Shown: positions 16,415-29,039 of the stretch, piece after piece
Layout of the letters: each line of letters opens with the position of its first letter
Numbering within the stretch: position 1 is the stretch's first letter
Program-made: the position numbers and the translations under genes
Assembly: GCF_009914755.1 (NCBI RefSeq)
Contig: NC_060929.1
Direction: 5' to 3' (one strand)
Source of the DNA: the human T2T-CHM13v2.0 reference genome, Homo sapiens
DNA: 64,000 bases
The notes under the pieces: generated by a model
What the model was told of the DNA's origin: nothing
Database searches by the model: none
What the model saw: only the letters and a program-made list of their open reading frames with translations

Positions 16415-18220
16415 GTGCTCCAGGGGCTGTTCTAGGGGGTGGGTGGGGAACGGAGGGGCTTCACACAGTCATCCTAGTGCATGGGGCTCGGACCACAAGT
16501 TAGCCAGGGTGGAAAAGGAGAGGGTCCCAGGCAGGGGGAAAGATGAGCACGGCCTGGAGATGAGAGACAGAGCCAGCGCCGCGGAGGAGCTGAAAGCCTT
16601 AGTCTGCAGGGTGGAGGTTAGGGGCAGGGGTGCAGCAGGGGTTACAGGAGTCTGTACTTTACCCCACATGACAGGACCGCCATGATGGCTCAGTGAGGAG
16701 AGGCGTGACAAGGTTAGGGCCCTCCCTTGATGTTTTCTCACTCCCTCCCATAATTTCTCAGACACCCAGGAGCCAGGCTTGGTGGGTGCTGGGAGAGTGG
16801 CAGGGAGGAGGACACGGGTCCTGGGCCCTTGGGATGGGGCCTTCGGAGGCTCTGTGGGAGGGAAGGGAGGCTGAGCAGGGTTGCCAGTGAGGGAGACAGC
16901 TCCGTCCACTGAAGGCCCGAGGAGAAGGCACTCTCTGCTCCCCCAGGCAGGCTGCCCAGTGCCACCCACCCCTGTGGGAAATGGTGCTCCCTCTACAGGA
17001 CACAGGGTGGGTGGAGTTGAGGCAACAGCAGGAGCTGTTCCATCTGCAGCGTCGCATCCCAGTTCTGCCTCTCCCTGGCTGTGTGGCCGTGGCCTGGTTG
17101 CCTACCCTTTCTGAGTCATAGTTTTGTTCTACATAAATGAAAACAATCATAAAAGGAGGATTAGATGAGATTATGCATGAAACACCCAGGTGCAGCACCT
17201 AGTAACTGCTCAATAAACATTAATTAGTACTGTCTGAAGCTTTGCCTGCCACAGAAGGAGGCGAGGTGGGCCCTTCGAGGAGCTGAGGTCTGCCCCTCCA
17301 GCTCTCTTTGTGAGGCCCTTTGAAAGGTAGAGGGAGCAGCGGAGGCCCAGGCCCTGAAACTGCGGAAACCAGAGTCAGCTGTAGATGCCACCTCTAGCCT
17401 CTTTGGAGGTCAGCCACCTTGCTCCAAGGTGAGTTCTCTCCACTCTTCTATTAAATCAAATTGTGAGTCCCCTGCCCCTGGCCCTGGGCTGGCCTCTAGG
17501 TACAGAGTGCATACTATGTGTCAGGCCCACACTATGCACCAAGCACCCTCAGATGAAATCCTCCCAGCCCCCCGTAAGGGGCTCCGGTTATACGCAGAGT
17601 TGGGCCCAGGCTTAGAGAGGTTCCGTGAGTTGCCCGGACGCAGACTGTGGGTGGCAGAGCCAGACCCCCTGCTCTCTGTCTGGCCACAGACCCTGGCTCA
17701 TGACTGCTGTGCTGGGCCGTCCCTGCCTGTCCCCCTGACCCCCACATGGGGTCCCCTCACACTCCTCCCTCCCTGAGGCTGCCCCACCTGGCCCATCCTG
17801 GCCCTGCCATGGAGGTGAGCCCTGCAGCGCTCTCACAAGGCGCCATTCATCCAGGCAGGCTGCTGATTAAAACCATGTGTGGTGTGGCCAGCCAAGGTGG
17901 CGGCAGCTCCGGAAGCCAGGCCTGGCCCGGGGCTTGTGGGCCTTGAGAGGGTTGGGGGAGGGATCTGGCTGACCCACAGGCCTGGCAGGCTGGGGGTGCT
18001 CTGGGGCGGGACTGACCTCCCCAAGCCATGTACACCCACCAAGGAGACTCTGAGCTGTGATTCTGACTCCTAGGCCCAGGCTGGGGATGTGGGGGGCAGA
18101 GAGGCCCCCTCCAGGTGAAGGTAGGGACCGGGCTTGGAATGTCTAAGACCCTTGCAAGGCCCTTTTCAAGGCTGCCTGGGAAGGGCAGGCCCCGTCTATG
18201 GGGTTTGGTTACCGAGGAAG

Positions 18221-18259
<39 letters not shown>

Positions 18260-18276
18260 CGCGCGCACACGCGCAT
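18221..18276. repeat. compound (GT)14(GC)8 microsatellite
   Basis: Uninterrupted purine-pyrimidine alternation from 18221 to 18276. Confidence 0.95.
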
Positions 18277-18740
18277 CCATGCATATGTGCTGAAATCCAT
18301 GCAAGGTGCCTCTGAGTCCTTGGACTCATGATCACTTCGGGGTTTCCTAAAGGCAATTTTGTGCAGTGGTTAAGACCATGGGCTCTGGAGGCACAAGACC
18401 TGGGTTTGAGTTCCACTTCTGCTGCTCCTGGGCTGTGTGACCAGAGGCAAGCTGCCCAGCCTCTCTGAGCCCCTCTCCTCATTCACCAGATGATGATGGA
18501 GGCCTGGTCAATGTGGTTGAGCGAAGGTGGGGCTACATTGGCTGGGTAGGCTTTTTGCTCATGGCTGGCCTTGAGGATGGGCCATCCCCAACCCGCAGCC
18601 CCAGGGCCCCTAAGTCATTTGGCTGTCACTCCTGACCTTTGAGTTGTGGCTTGTCAGGGAGCTGGGAGGGTGCTAAGTGTGGAGTGTCTGGGTTTCCTGA
18701 GGCCAGTTAGTGGAGGTGAGCAGGGGATAGGAGAGGTGAT

Positions 18741-18800
18741 CAGGGGTAAACAGGGGAGAGCAGGGGAGAGCCAGGGAGAGCAGGGGAGAGCAGGGGAGTG
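18741..18800 (+). repeat. 10-bp G-rich tandem repeat (CAGGGGAGAG)x~6
   Basis: Directly visible. Confidence 0.85.
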
Positions 18801-19707
18801 TGGGATCTGCAGCCGGTGTGAGGTGTGGCTGAATTAGCTGCCCCTGCCCAGGCCAAGAACAGAGTGAGGCATTGTTCCGGGGCTGCCTCCCCTGGCACCG
18901 AGGCCCTCACAGGAAAGGGCGGGCAGGTGGGCCGCGCCATGGCTGGGACTGACCACAGGCTTGGCTGTGTTGGGACCCTTCAGGGGCCTGTCTGTGAGGA
19001 GGCACCCTGGTTTCCCCAGGAACACAAGTTTTACTGGGTGATGCAGGCCCTCTGGGAGGGAGGCCATTTGAGGGCATTTGGTCCCAACTGAGCAGCCCCC
19101 ATGAGATACCCTCAGCACCTTCTCCCAAGGGTGGGAGTAGTCCCAAAATATGAGCTCCCTGGAGCCAGGGGTCCTGAGATTCTACCCTGTGCTCCAAGGC
19201 CAGGGCCCCCGACCTCAAACCTGGAAGAGCTCTGTCCCTCTTTACACTGGGCGATGCTCAGGCCCGGAGGGAGGGGTGCCTGTATCACGCAGAGAGCTCC
19301 TGGGCAGAAACTCAGCGTTGTCCTTTGGGGTAGACTGCTTAGGGAGGGGAGCGAGCATAGGCTGTTGTGAGGAGGGGCCTAGAGCTGAAGTGGAACAGCC
19401 TCCATCTCCCAGCCGTGTGACTGGGGCAGCCACCTGCCCTCTCTGAGCCTCTGTGTCCTCCAAAAGCAAAGAGAGTCCCACCACAGGGGGCCTCTATGAG
19501 GGCTGAGAAGGTGGGTTAGGGGTTCAGAGCCTCAGAGTGGCTCAGGCTGAGCTCTGGAGGCAACCTGGCTTCTAACACCAGCGCTCCCCCTGGCCAGCTG
19601 TGTCACTTTGGGCAAGACATGTTCTAAAAACATCTTCCCATGGGATTTTTGGGGAAACAAATCAGCTGCTATGTAGTCATGGGCTCACCATCATACTCAG
19701 CAGGTGT

Positions 19708-20790
19708 TGTGATGGTCAGTGGCCAGGCTATGGTCACCAGATATTCAGTCAGATGTTGATCTAGGTGTTCTGTGAAGGTATCTCGTAGATGTGATTAAAG
19801 TCCATAATCAGTTGACTCTTAAGTAAGGGAGACCATCTGAGATGATCTGGATGAACCTGATTTAAGTGGTTTGAGGCCTTAAAAGCAGAGCTGAAGTTTC
19901 CCTAAAGAAGAGAAGTTGTGGACACCAGCTTCAGTGCCTGAGGGTTCCAACCTGCCCTTCTGGACAACCTGCCCTGCTGTGTTAGGGTTCTCCTGAGAAA
20001 CAGGACCAATAGAAGGTGTGTGCATGCATGTGTGCACATGTGTGCATTTGTGTGTGTGCACGTGTGTGCATGTGTGTGGGTGCGTGCATGCATTTGTGCC
20101 TGTGTGGGGGTGTGCACATGTGCATGCGCATTTGTGTGTGTGCATGCTTGTGCGAGTGCATATGTGCACGTGTGTGCATGCGTGTGTGTGCATGTGCATG
20201 TGTATGCATGTGTGTGTGTACCTGTGTGTGCGCACACATGTATTTATATAGATAGATTTGTTATAAGGAATTGGATCCCCAGATTATGGAGGCTGACCCA
20301 TCCCAAGAACAGCAGTTGGCAAGCTGGAGCCCCAGGAGAACTGAGAATGTAATTCTTGTCTTGAGTCTGAAGGCCTGAGAAGCAAGAGAGCTATTTCAGT
20401 TCAAATCCAAAGGTAGAAAAAGCTAATGTCTGAGTTCCAAGGCCAGCAGGCAAAAATAATTCTCTCTTACTGGAGGGAAGGTCGGCCTTTCATTCTCTTC
20501 AACTTACAGGATGAGGCCCACCCACATTAGCGAGGGCCATCTGCCTTTAGTGATTCCCGTGTCAATCTCACCCAGAAACATCCTCATAGGAGAACCCAGA
20601 ATAATGTTTGACCACATTTCTGGGCACCACATGGCCTAGTCAAGTTGACACATAAAATTCACCATCACACTTATGCATTTCAGACACACCTAGCCAGCTC
20701 CTACGATCGCGTAAGCCAAGTCTTTGCAGTAAATCTCTTACTATACATCTCTTACTAGTTGTGTTTCTCTGGCTGAACCCTGACTGACAC
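19708..20790 (+). mobile_element. MLT2 (ERVL) LTR containing a nested antisense MLT2B-like LTR (19978-20669)
   Basis: Outer LTR begins TGTGATGGT and ends 'aaccctgactgacaca'. Inner LTR runs from 'tgtgttagggttctcc..gaaacaggaccaatag' to 'gtcaagttgacacataaaattcaccatcaca' and carries an expanded (TG/TGCA)n at 20015-20240. Confidence 0.8.
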
Positions 20791-20932
20791 ACATGGTGAG
20801 CTGCGATAAGAATAACAATTGCAATTATCGCCTTTTCTGGGAAGTCCCCAGCAGTAGGTCTGCATGTCGCAGGCCCTTGGCAAGTGCCAAGGAGTCCCAT
20901 TTTATAAGCGGAACGGAAGTCACAGCAGTTTC

Positions 20933-21223
20933 GGCCGGGTGCGGTGGCTCACGCCTGTAATCCCAGCACTTAGGGAGGCCGAGGCAGGCGGATCATGAGG
21001 TCAGGAGATCGAGACCATCCTGGCTAACACAGTGAAACCCAGTCTCTACTAAAAATACAAAAAATTAGCCAGGTGCGGTGGCAGGTGCCTGTAGTCCCAG
21101 CTACTTGGGAAGCTGAGGCAGGAGAATCACTTGAACCGGGAAGCAGAGGTGGCAGTGAGCCGAGATCGTGCCACCACACTCCAGCCTGGGTGACAGAGCG
21201 AGACTCCGTCTTAAAAAAAAAAA
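20933..21223 (+). mobile_element. Alu (AluSc/Y-like)
   Basis: TSD gaagtc(a/g)cagcagtttc (20916-20932 / 21224-21240). Confidence 0.92.
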
Positions 21224-21475
21224 GAAGTCGCAGCAGTTTCTTCCATGACTCCAAAGGGCTCTAGGCAGCAAGGACAAGTCCCATCCGAAGTCCCAGCACA
21301 GACAGCCTCACGGCCCCACCTACACTCCATAGCACGACAGGGCTGGCTTCTCTGGGTGCCAAGTATGCAGAAGAGGGACGGCTCGCATAGTTCCATTGCA
21401 TGCCAGGCCCTTTGCCACAAACTTCACCTATTAACCAGTCATCTAATCCTCACAATAGAGCACCAAGGTGGCTAC

Positions 21476-22880
21476 TGATGGCGGCAGCGGCCCATCTGGA
21501 GCAGCCGCTGCAGGGACATCAGCTGCAGTCGGGGAGGCACATCAGCTGCAGTGGGGGAGGCACTGCCAGGGCTGCGCGTTCTGCAGAGCCAGAGGGGGCC
21601 AAGAACAGGCAGGAGCCCCGCCCCTACCAAGTCGGCCAGGTGGGAGCCCATGCTGCCAGGCACAGCCACAGCTCTGGACCATGGCATCCCTGTGTGCTCA
21701 GGGGCCTGGGAAGTCCCTCTCCCCGCACAGGCTCTGATGTACCTGTTCCTGCTCCTTGGCCTCTCCCTGCTCCTGGCACCTGCTCTGATTTTGGAGCAAA
21801 GTTGTGGCTGAGCCCAGGTGCTGTCACAACCCAGCTAGGTGTGCACGCATTCGAGGTGGCACTGACACACCTGCACCCCCACCACCTTGACCTCCTCTGG
21901 ACTTTGGGCACCAATAAGCATGGGAGGAAGGCAAGGGACGGCTGAGGGCAGCTCAGCACTGGCCTGCTGGCACTTCTTGCCATGAACAGCCTGGATACCA
22001 TGGACAGCATGTTGATGGCAGAGGCAGACAGGTCCCTGGGCAGAAAGGGGCAGGTCCCTAGTGAAACCCCACCTTCAAGCTAGGGATGGCCTGAAGCCTG
22101 GGTGCTGGGCTGCCTGTTCTGGGTGAAGTCCACAGCCCAGCCCAGAATGATAACTAATGGTGCTTTTTCCAGGCCACCTACAGCTGCCCATGGATGAATC
22201 AGCAAGCACTTTCTCCCTTCTAAGCCCATAGAAACCCAGATTCAGCCAGACTCACACAGATGTCTGGACTACCAGCTGTGGGAAGGAGCTGCCCACTGCG
22301 GGTCTTCTCTCCACTGCGAGATGGACACTTGTCAGGATGACCTGCCTGCGGGAAGGAGCTGCCCACTGTGGGTCTCCTCTCCACTGAAAGATGGACATAT
22401 TGGGACAGCCTGCCTGCAGGAAGGAGCTACCCACTCTGGGTCTCTTGAGGGCTGTTCTGTCACCCAATGAAGCTCCTCTCTGTCTTGCTCACCCTCCAGT
22501 TGTCCACATACCTCATACTTCCTGGACACAGGACAAGAACTCGGGACCTACCGAATGGTGGGACTGAAAGAGCTGTAACACAAACAGGCTGAAACATGCC
22601 CCCCACTTGCCATGTTGCGGGTGGTGAGGAGAGAGGAGCTGCGGCCCTTCAGGGAGTCCAGACCTAGGGGCTCCCTGAGCCAGGGCTGTGACACCCTCTT
22701 TGGGACTCGGGTTTCTGGTGTCTCTAAGCTTCCAGGAGTCACCATGTTCCCGGGTGCCCACAGTGGAAGCTGCTTGCAGTACATCTGGTTCAACTGCAGC
22801 TTCACACAGAGCCAGCCCCTGTGCCGGTGCCTAGAGCTGCCCACCCCGCCACAGCTGGCACACCTGGCTGTGTGCAGTGG
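21476..22880 (+). mobile_element. MER52-family ERV1 LTR
   Basis: Starts TGATGGCGGCAGCGGCCCATCTGGAGC; has internal repeated 'ggaaggagctgcccactg' blocks and 'gggactgaaagagctgtaacacaaacagg' typical of MER52. Confidence 0.8.
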
Positions 22881-23364
22881 CCACCTTCCTGACAGCTCTG
22901 AGCCTCCGCTTCTAAAGAGGTTTAAGAGCAATAGTGACGGGTTTCTTTTATGTTTCCCTCCTTTCCAAGATGGTAATGTGGATCTACTTTGATCTCAGTT
23001 CGAATTCCAGCTTTCAACCTTGAGTTTCTGATTCATCTTTGTATCTTGGGTACTTGGCATGGAGTAGGTGTCCAATAAATTTAATTGTCACATCTTTTTA
23101 TCTGGGCCTCCATTTTCTCAATTATACAGTGGGGATCCTGATATAGTCTTGGACTTTCATGTATCTGACAAATTGGTTTTTTTCTTTCTTATTTTATTCT
23201 TGCCACTTCCCTTGTATAGACTCTCTTCTCTGCTAACACCATTCCCACCCCTCATTGGGTGGAGGAGAGGAAAAGGAACCATAAGAAAGGAAGGGACGTA
23301 GAGAAGAAAGGGGCTAAGATGAGGATGCCTGCCTCTTCTACTCCACATGTTCTGGGAGTTCCAG

Positions 23365-24440
23365 TCAGCGTAATTAGGCAAGGAAAAGAAAAAGGCATCC
23401 AGATTGGAAAGGAAGACATAGGCTGGACATGGTGGCTCGTGCCTATAATCCCAGTGCTTTGGGAGGCCGCCAAGGTGAGAGGATTGCTTTAGGCCTGGAG
23501 TTTGAGACCAGCCTGGGCAACAAAGCAAGACCTCACTTCAACAAAATAAAAAAAAAATAAGCCAGGTGTGATGGTGTGTACCTGTCATCCCAAGCTACTC
23601 AGAAGGCTGAGGCTGGAGGATTGTGTAAGCCCAGGAGTTCAAGGCTGCGGTGAGCTGTGATCACACCACTGCACTCCAGCCTGGGTGACAGAGCAAGACC
23701 CTGTCTCTATAAAAATATACATAAGTAAAAGTAAAAGAAAAAAAGAAAGGAAGCAGTAAAGCTATCTCTAGTCACAGATGATATGATCTTACACATAGAA
23801 AATCCTAAGAAATTCACTAAAAAACTATTGGAACTCATAAATAAGTTCAGCAAGGTTGCAGGATACAAGATTGATATACAAACATAAATTGTATCTCTAC
23901 ACATTCAAAATCAACAATCCAGAAATTAAATTAACAATTCCACTCACAGTAGCATCAAAAAGAATGAAATACGTATACATAAACTTAACAAAATAAATGC
24001 AAATTTTATACTCTGAAAACTACAAAACTGTTGAAAGAAAGTAAAGACTTAAACAAGTGGAAAATACTATATATTCCTGGACTGGATGACTCAATTAACA
24101 TTGTTAAGATGGCAGTACTCCCAAAATTGATCTACAGATTCAACACAACCCTTGTCAAATAGCTGATATAAATTGTATAAATTGACATTCTAATTCTACA
24201 ATTCATATGGAATTTCAAGGGATCCAGAATAGTCAAAACAATACTGAAAAAGAATACAGCAGGAGGACTCACACATTGAGATTTTAAAGCAACTGCAAAG
24301 CAACAGTAATCATGACAGTGTGGCACAAGGGTATGTATTTATCAAGTCTAGAGTCTAGAAATAAATCCATACATCTATGGTCAACTGACAAGGGTTCAAA
24401 GAAAGACCATTCAGTGAGGGAAAGAATAGTCTTTTCCACA
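23365..24440 (+). mobile_element. L1M ORF2 fragment with AluJ insert (23421-23745)
   Basis: 'ggcatccagattggaaaggaag', 'cacagatgatatgatctt' and 'gatctacagattcaacacaacc'. Confidence 0.85.
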
Positions 24441-25544
24441 GAAGAAAAGAAAGAGCTTGGGCTTGGGAATTTGGCAGATTCTGCCATTGTCTTGCTGTGT
24501 GACTCTGAGCAAGTGGCTTAACATCTCAGAGCTGAAGTTTTCTCATCTGTTAACATGAGGATGAGAGTGTTCATATCACAGGCATAGACACTTGAGATCT
24601 CCTATGTGAGTGCTTAGCAGAGCAGGCCTCTTGGGCAAGTGCACGAAGGCAGAGGAGTACTGTGGGAATCTGCTAGTGGCCATTAGGTCGCTCCTTCCAG
24701 GACCCCCAGGAACCCCTTTCCCCAGGAACAGGCAGGGTCGGTGGGGCTTGAGTGTGCAGACGGGGCTTGGCGGGGTTCTGCGGGTTGGTAATAAATGAAC
24801 AGGAAAGGAGATTCCATTACGCAGGAATGTCTGGGGAGGGGGTGGGGAAGGAGCCGGCTCTTCTCCCAGCACCAGCCAGCTCTGCGGTCTTGATTGATGT
24901 GCCTTGCACCGCGGCAGCGGCGGGCCTGGTGGAAAGAGGCCCCTTCACTCACCCTTCCTGGAGCTAGGCCAGCAGCCAGATGTTCCTGGCCTTTGGGGAG
25001 CTGGGGTGGGGGCAGGGGAGGCCGGCAGCGGGCCAGAGGGCAGCTGCCCAGACGGCGAACCTCTCTACCTCCTTCTCCTCAGCAGCTGGGCCCAGGTGGC
25101 GTTGGCTGTACTGCTGACCTTTGGCCGATGGCTGTGTCTCCTGGACTTTGGCTCTGTTCAGAATTGGGGGTGGGGTTCTCACCCACCCTGTCCTGCTGGG
25201 AGAGGCACACAGCTGCCTAGGAAAGGGCTTTCAGCTCCAAAAAGGAAAGTATCCCACCTGCCCAAGGTTCTTGTGTTACCCTGGCCAGAGCCATAGGGGG
25301 AGGTGTGACTGGCACCTGAACCACCCATGGAGGAGGAAAATCCAGGTTGAGGCCCCTGAGTGAGTGGTTTGGGAGAGGGTCTGAAAGCAGATTCTGGACT
25401 TCTCAGAGAAAGTCCCTCCAGCAGGTGCTAAGATGAACCCAAGGCGCATTTCCTCATGAGTGCCTCTCAAGTACGGTGATTATAGCAGAGGGCTGCAGGC
25501 CACCATCTCTAGCCCTTTCGGTGGTTTTATTATTATTGTTGTCA

Positions 25545-25650
25545 TATTTTTTTTAAGAGACAGGGTCTCAAACTCCTGGCCTCAAGAAATCCTCCCACCT
25601 CAACCTCCCAAAGTGCTGGGATTACAGGCATAAACCACTGCACACAGCCA
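25545..25650 (-). mobile_element. Alu monomer fragment
   Basis: 'ctcccaaagtgctgggattacaggc'. Confidence 0.75.
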
Positions 25651-26887
25651 ATGATTTTATTGTTAAACACATAACAGCTAGAAGAGAATATAACAAAACA
25701 GATAACTAAATATCACCCCAAAATTACCATGTAAAATGACTGACTGCCAATATGTTGGTGTCATTTCTCCTATTATTTCTGTCCTGGGTCTCTGTAGTAT
25801 TTATGTATGTTTACTTTTCAGGAAAGTGGGCTCATCATACTCATCTAGCTTTGTCACTTTCCTTCTTCTACTCAACACCAGTGGTGCACACCTGGCCACG
25901 TCAGGAAATGCAGATCCACTTTGACCTTTTTAGGGCCGTTCCATCGTATAGCTGCCTGATGTTGTCGAGCTTTTAGGGGATTTTCAAAATGTCCCTTGAA
26001 TGGACAATGCAGCATTGAATCTCTTGGTACCTGCACCTTCTTACACATGTGAATTATTTCCTTGGGATAAATGGCAAGAAGTAAAACTGCTCAAAGGGTA
26101 AACCTATGAACCAACTGAACTTGCACACACAGGCCCTCATTCTTCCCTCTGCTTATGTCCTTCCCTCAGAGCTGCCCGCGATGTCTACTGTGCCCCCACC
26201 CCACCTTGGAAGGTGGTTAGTGGTACTGCAAGGCCCTTCACCTGTGGCTGGGGGGGGCACTCTGACCAGACAAGGTTGGCCTGGGAGGCCAGAAATATCT
26301 CACCCCATTGATCTCTCTCTAGAGGGCATCTCACGGTGGGGAAGTCCTGGACTGGAACAGAAAGGACCTTGGCTATGTCCTGTCTAGTCCACACTTTACC
26401 CACTGGGAGTGACGAGGGGCCAGTACCACAGCCTCCTTCAGTTTATACAGTCTGTGAATGACAGCAGGTCCTCTACAATATGCCCACTGCAGGGACTTCT
26501 GCGACTCACGTGGGGACTGTGAAAGGCACAAGGGCAGGATGTTCATGTCATGGGCACTGCCCCAGGCAGAGGCCTGTGCAGTGACAGCCCAGCTTCCTAC
26601 CAACAGACTGGAAACCCTGGCCAGGGCAAGAGCAGCTCAGCCCTGCAGTGAGCAACTAAAGAAGACTTGGCTGCTTCTCTTTGAGGACAGGGATGTGTGA
26701 CAAAGCGGCATGAGCTGTGACTGCTCAGAGAAGGCTGGAGTAGAATGGACTTGGGGGTGACCTCTCAAGGCTTCCTGGAACCTGAGAATCCCAACTGCAT
26801 GGAACTAGCACCTTTCTTGACATTTGCATGCAGATGCTCATTTAACTTTGCACATAAAGTCAGCTACTACCAGCAGCATTCTCTACC

Positions 26888-26889
<2 letters not shown>

Positions 26890-26933
<44 letters not shown>
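26890..26933. repeat. (CA)n microsatellite
   Basis: About 21 perfect units. Confidence 0.95.
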
Positions 26934-26936
<3 letters not shown>

Positions 26937-28457
26937 CCCTCTCTAACTAAAGACTGCACCTTCATTGCCTCACACTGCAGATCACATTCGGACACACAAT
27001 AATAATAATGTAGTAATAATTTTAATAACACCTATTGAGCGTTTACTACATGCCAGGCCCTTCCCAGGCATTGTCCAAGCCTCCTTTCGTTAGCTTCATT
27101 GCAAGGATGAGAGAAAGTCACTTGCCTAAGGTCACAGAGATGCTGAGCAGAGGAGCCCCACCCACAGCACACACTCCTCTCCCACCACTCAGACACAACC
27201 TGGCCCCCCAACTCCCTGCACGCTGCCTTCCTGCCCGGGCTGTGGTAGCCGAGTGTTCACCACATGAACCCCCCACGCCTCACCCAGCCCTTGGTACACA
27301 GTGGAACAGACCTGGCTTGTCCAGATTCAGGCAGCTAGAGACACAGTAACTATAATAAACACAGGCTGTAAACCACCTTCTTGGCTTGTACAGATGCGGA
27401 GTTTTCCCCAGACCTGCGCTTCTGAACTGGATGGGGGGCAGCCCCTTGCCCCGTCCCTGAATCCTTTTTCTTTCCCTCTTTTTCCTGTCTGCCTCCCCCT
27501 GCTGTCTCCTCCTTTGCTCTCTCAAGCCACTGGAGGACCTACCTGCTGTGTGCCTGGCACTGAGGTCGCCACTGGGGCTGTGGTGGGGTGGGTAGCTCAG
27601 GTTCCCATCCTTTGGGAAACTGAGAGCTCATCCCATCATGTGAGGCCTAGAAGGAGGGGGCTTGCTCAGGTCACACGAGGAGGGAGCGTAGAGCCAGGCC
27701 TCACGGTTGAGGCTCCCTGTGCCCAGGCCAGGGCTTTTATTTGGGGAGACAGCACAAGCCACTGGGAGCACTAATGGTCTAAGGTGGCATGTGTTGCACT
27801 CCAAATACATGGCTCAGACATGGAATCCTAAGGGAGTTCAGAGTGGCCCTGACATGAGTTGTATCTTCCATGTGCTGGGTGCTTGTGCGCACCAGGTCCT
27901 TTATATACATTCTCTTATTTAGTCTTCCTGATAACCCAACAAGCAGATACTATGATTATCATCTTTCCCCCATTCTACAGACAAGGAAACCAAGGCTCAC
28001 AGCTGTCAAGACTCAAACCTAGGTCTGTTTTCTCTAAAACCTCAGCTCTCCCAGCAGGCTGACCTGCCTTGGATGAGGAAGGGACTGGGGCACCGAATGG
28101 ATAAAGGCTTTGACGAGGAGCTGGGGTTTCAGCAGACCTTGATAAGGATGGGAGGAAAGAGGGGGACATCCTGGAAAGTGGGCACTGTTTGAGCCAAGGT
28201 ATGGAAGCCGAAACATACCCATTGAGCCCTGGGACCAGCGAGGTGACAGCCCGATCAGAGGGAGGCTTTTGGCTAAGGGAGCCATTTGAGCTCTTGGCAT
28301 CCTGCAGCTTATTCCTTGGAGGAAGGGCTGGCAGGTGAGCCTAGCCCAGGAACCCAAGTCTGGGGAGCTCTTGGAGGCTCTGCCAGGGTTGGCCCCAGAG
28401 GAACTTGGGAGGCCCTGAGCTGGGCAAAGTTCTCCTTGGCGTCATAAACCAGGCCCC

Positions 28458-28621
28458 ATGGAAGGAGGAGCCAAGAGGTTCCTAGTGGCTGTGCCACCCC
28501 CAGCGAGGGACGCTGCCAGGGGCCGGCACAAGTACCAGGCTCTGAAGGTCCTCAGGATTCATTGGCATCAGGTTCCCTGCTGTATGGCGCAGCTGCAAGC
28601 CAGCATGCAGGACTGGCAGAG
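28458..28621 (+). other. candidate upstream alternative exon (ATG to strong donor)
   Basis: cccATGG start, 54 open codons, then consensus donor GAG|GTGAGT at 28621/28622. No transcript evidence is visible. Confidence 0.4.
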
Positions 28622-29039
28622 GTGAGTGCCAGGCAGAGGCTCCCCTCGGCCTTGGCAGACCTGGTGGGGCTGGAAAATCGGGAAGGGAGAAGGGAAAGCT
28701 CATGCTTGACAGCTGTCTCTCTAGGGTGAGGCAGCTGAGGCCACTGCTGTGATAAGCTCGTTAAACCACAAATCACAGAGGCTAGAATCAATCTTCCGCT
28801 GCAGTGGAGCTTCCTAAAATAAAACACAGCCCGTGGGCTCACCTGCCACTTCAATCTCCCTCTCCTTGTCAAATGCCGTCTCATCTTTCGGGTCTTAGCT
28901 CTAGCTACTCTTCCTCAGGGAAGCCTGCCCTGATACCTAACCCCCAACCCCCACTATAAACTGGAGATATGGTCAAACTCCAGAATAGCACTTCAAAAAC
29001 TGAGGCTTTTCCTATGCTGGGTAGGTAGGTGGATAAATA

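Noticed and set aside
21400-22992. Overlapping 120-180-aa ORFs
   Set aside because: They lie in a GC-rich MER52 LTR with low stop-codon density; no gag, pol or env motifs are recognisable.
28470-28621. 28.5-kb exon as PDZ exon 2 (ends QR in phase 2)
   Set aside because: It lacks the GD and ING motifs and a polypyrimidine acceptor; only ~7/51 scattered identities.
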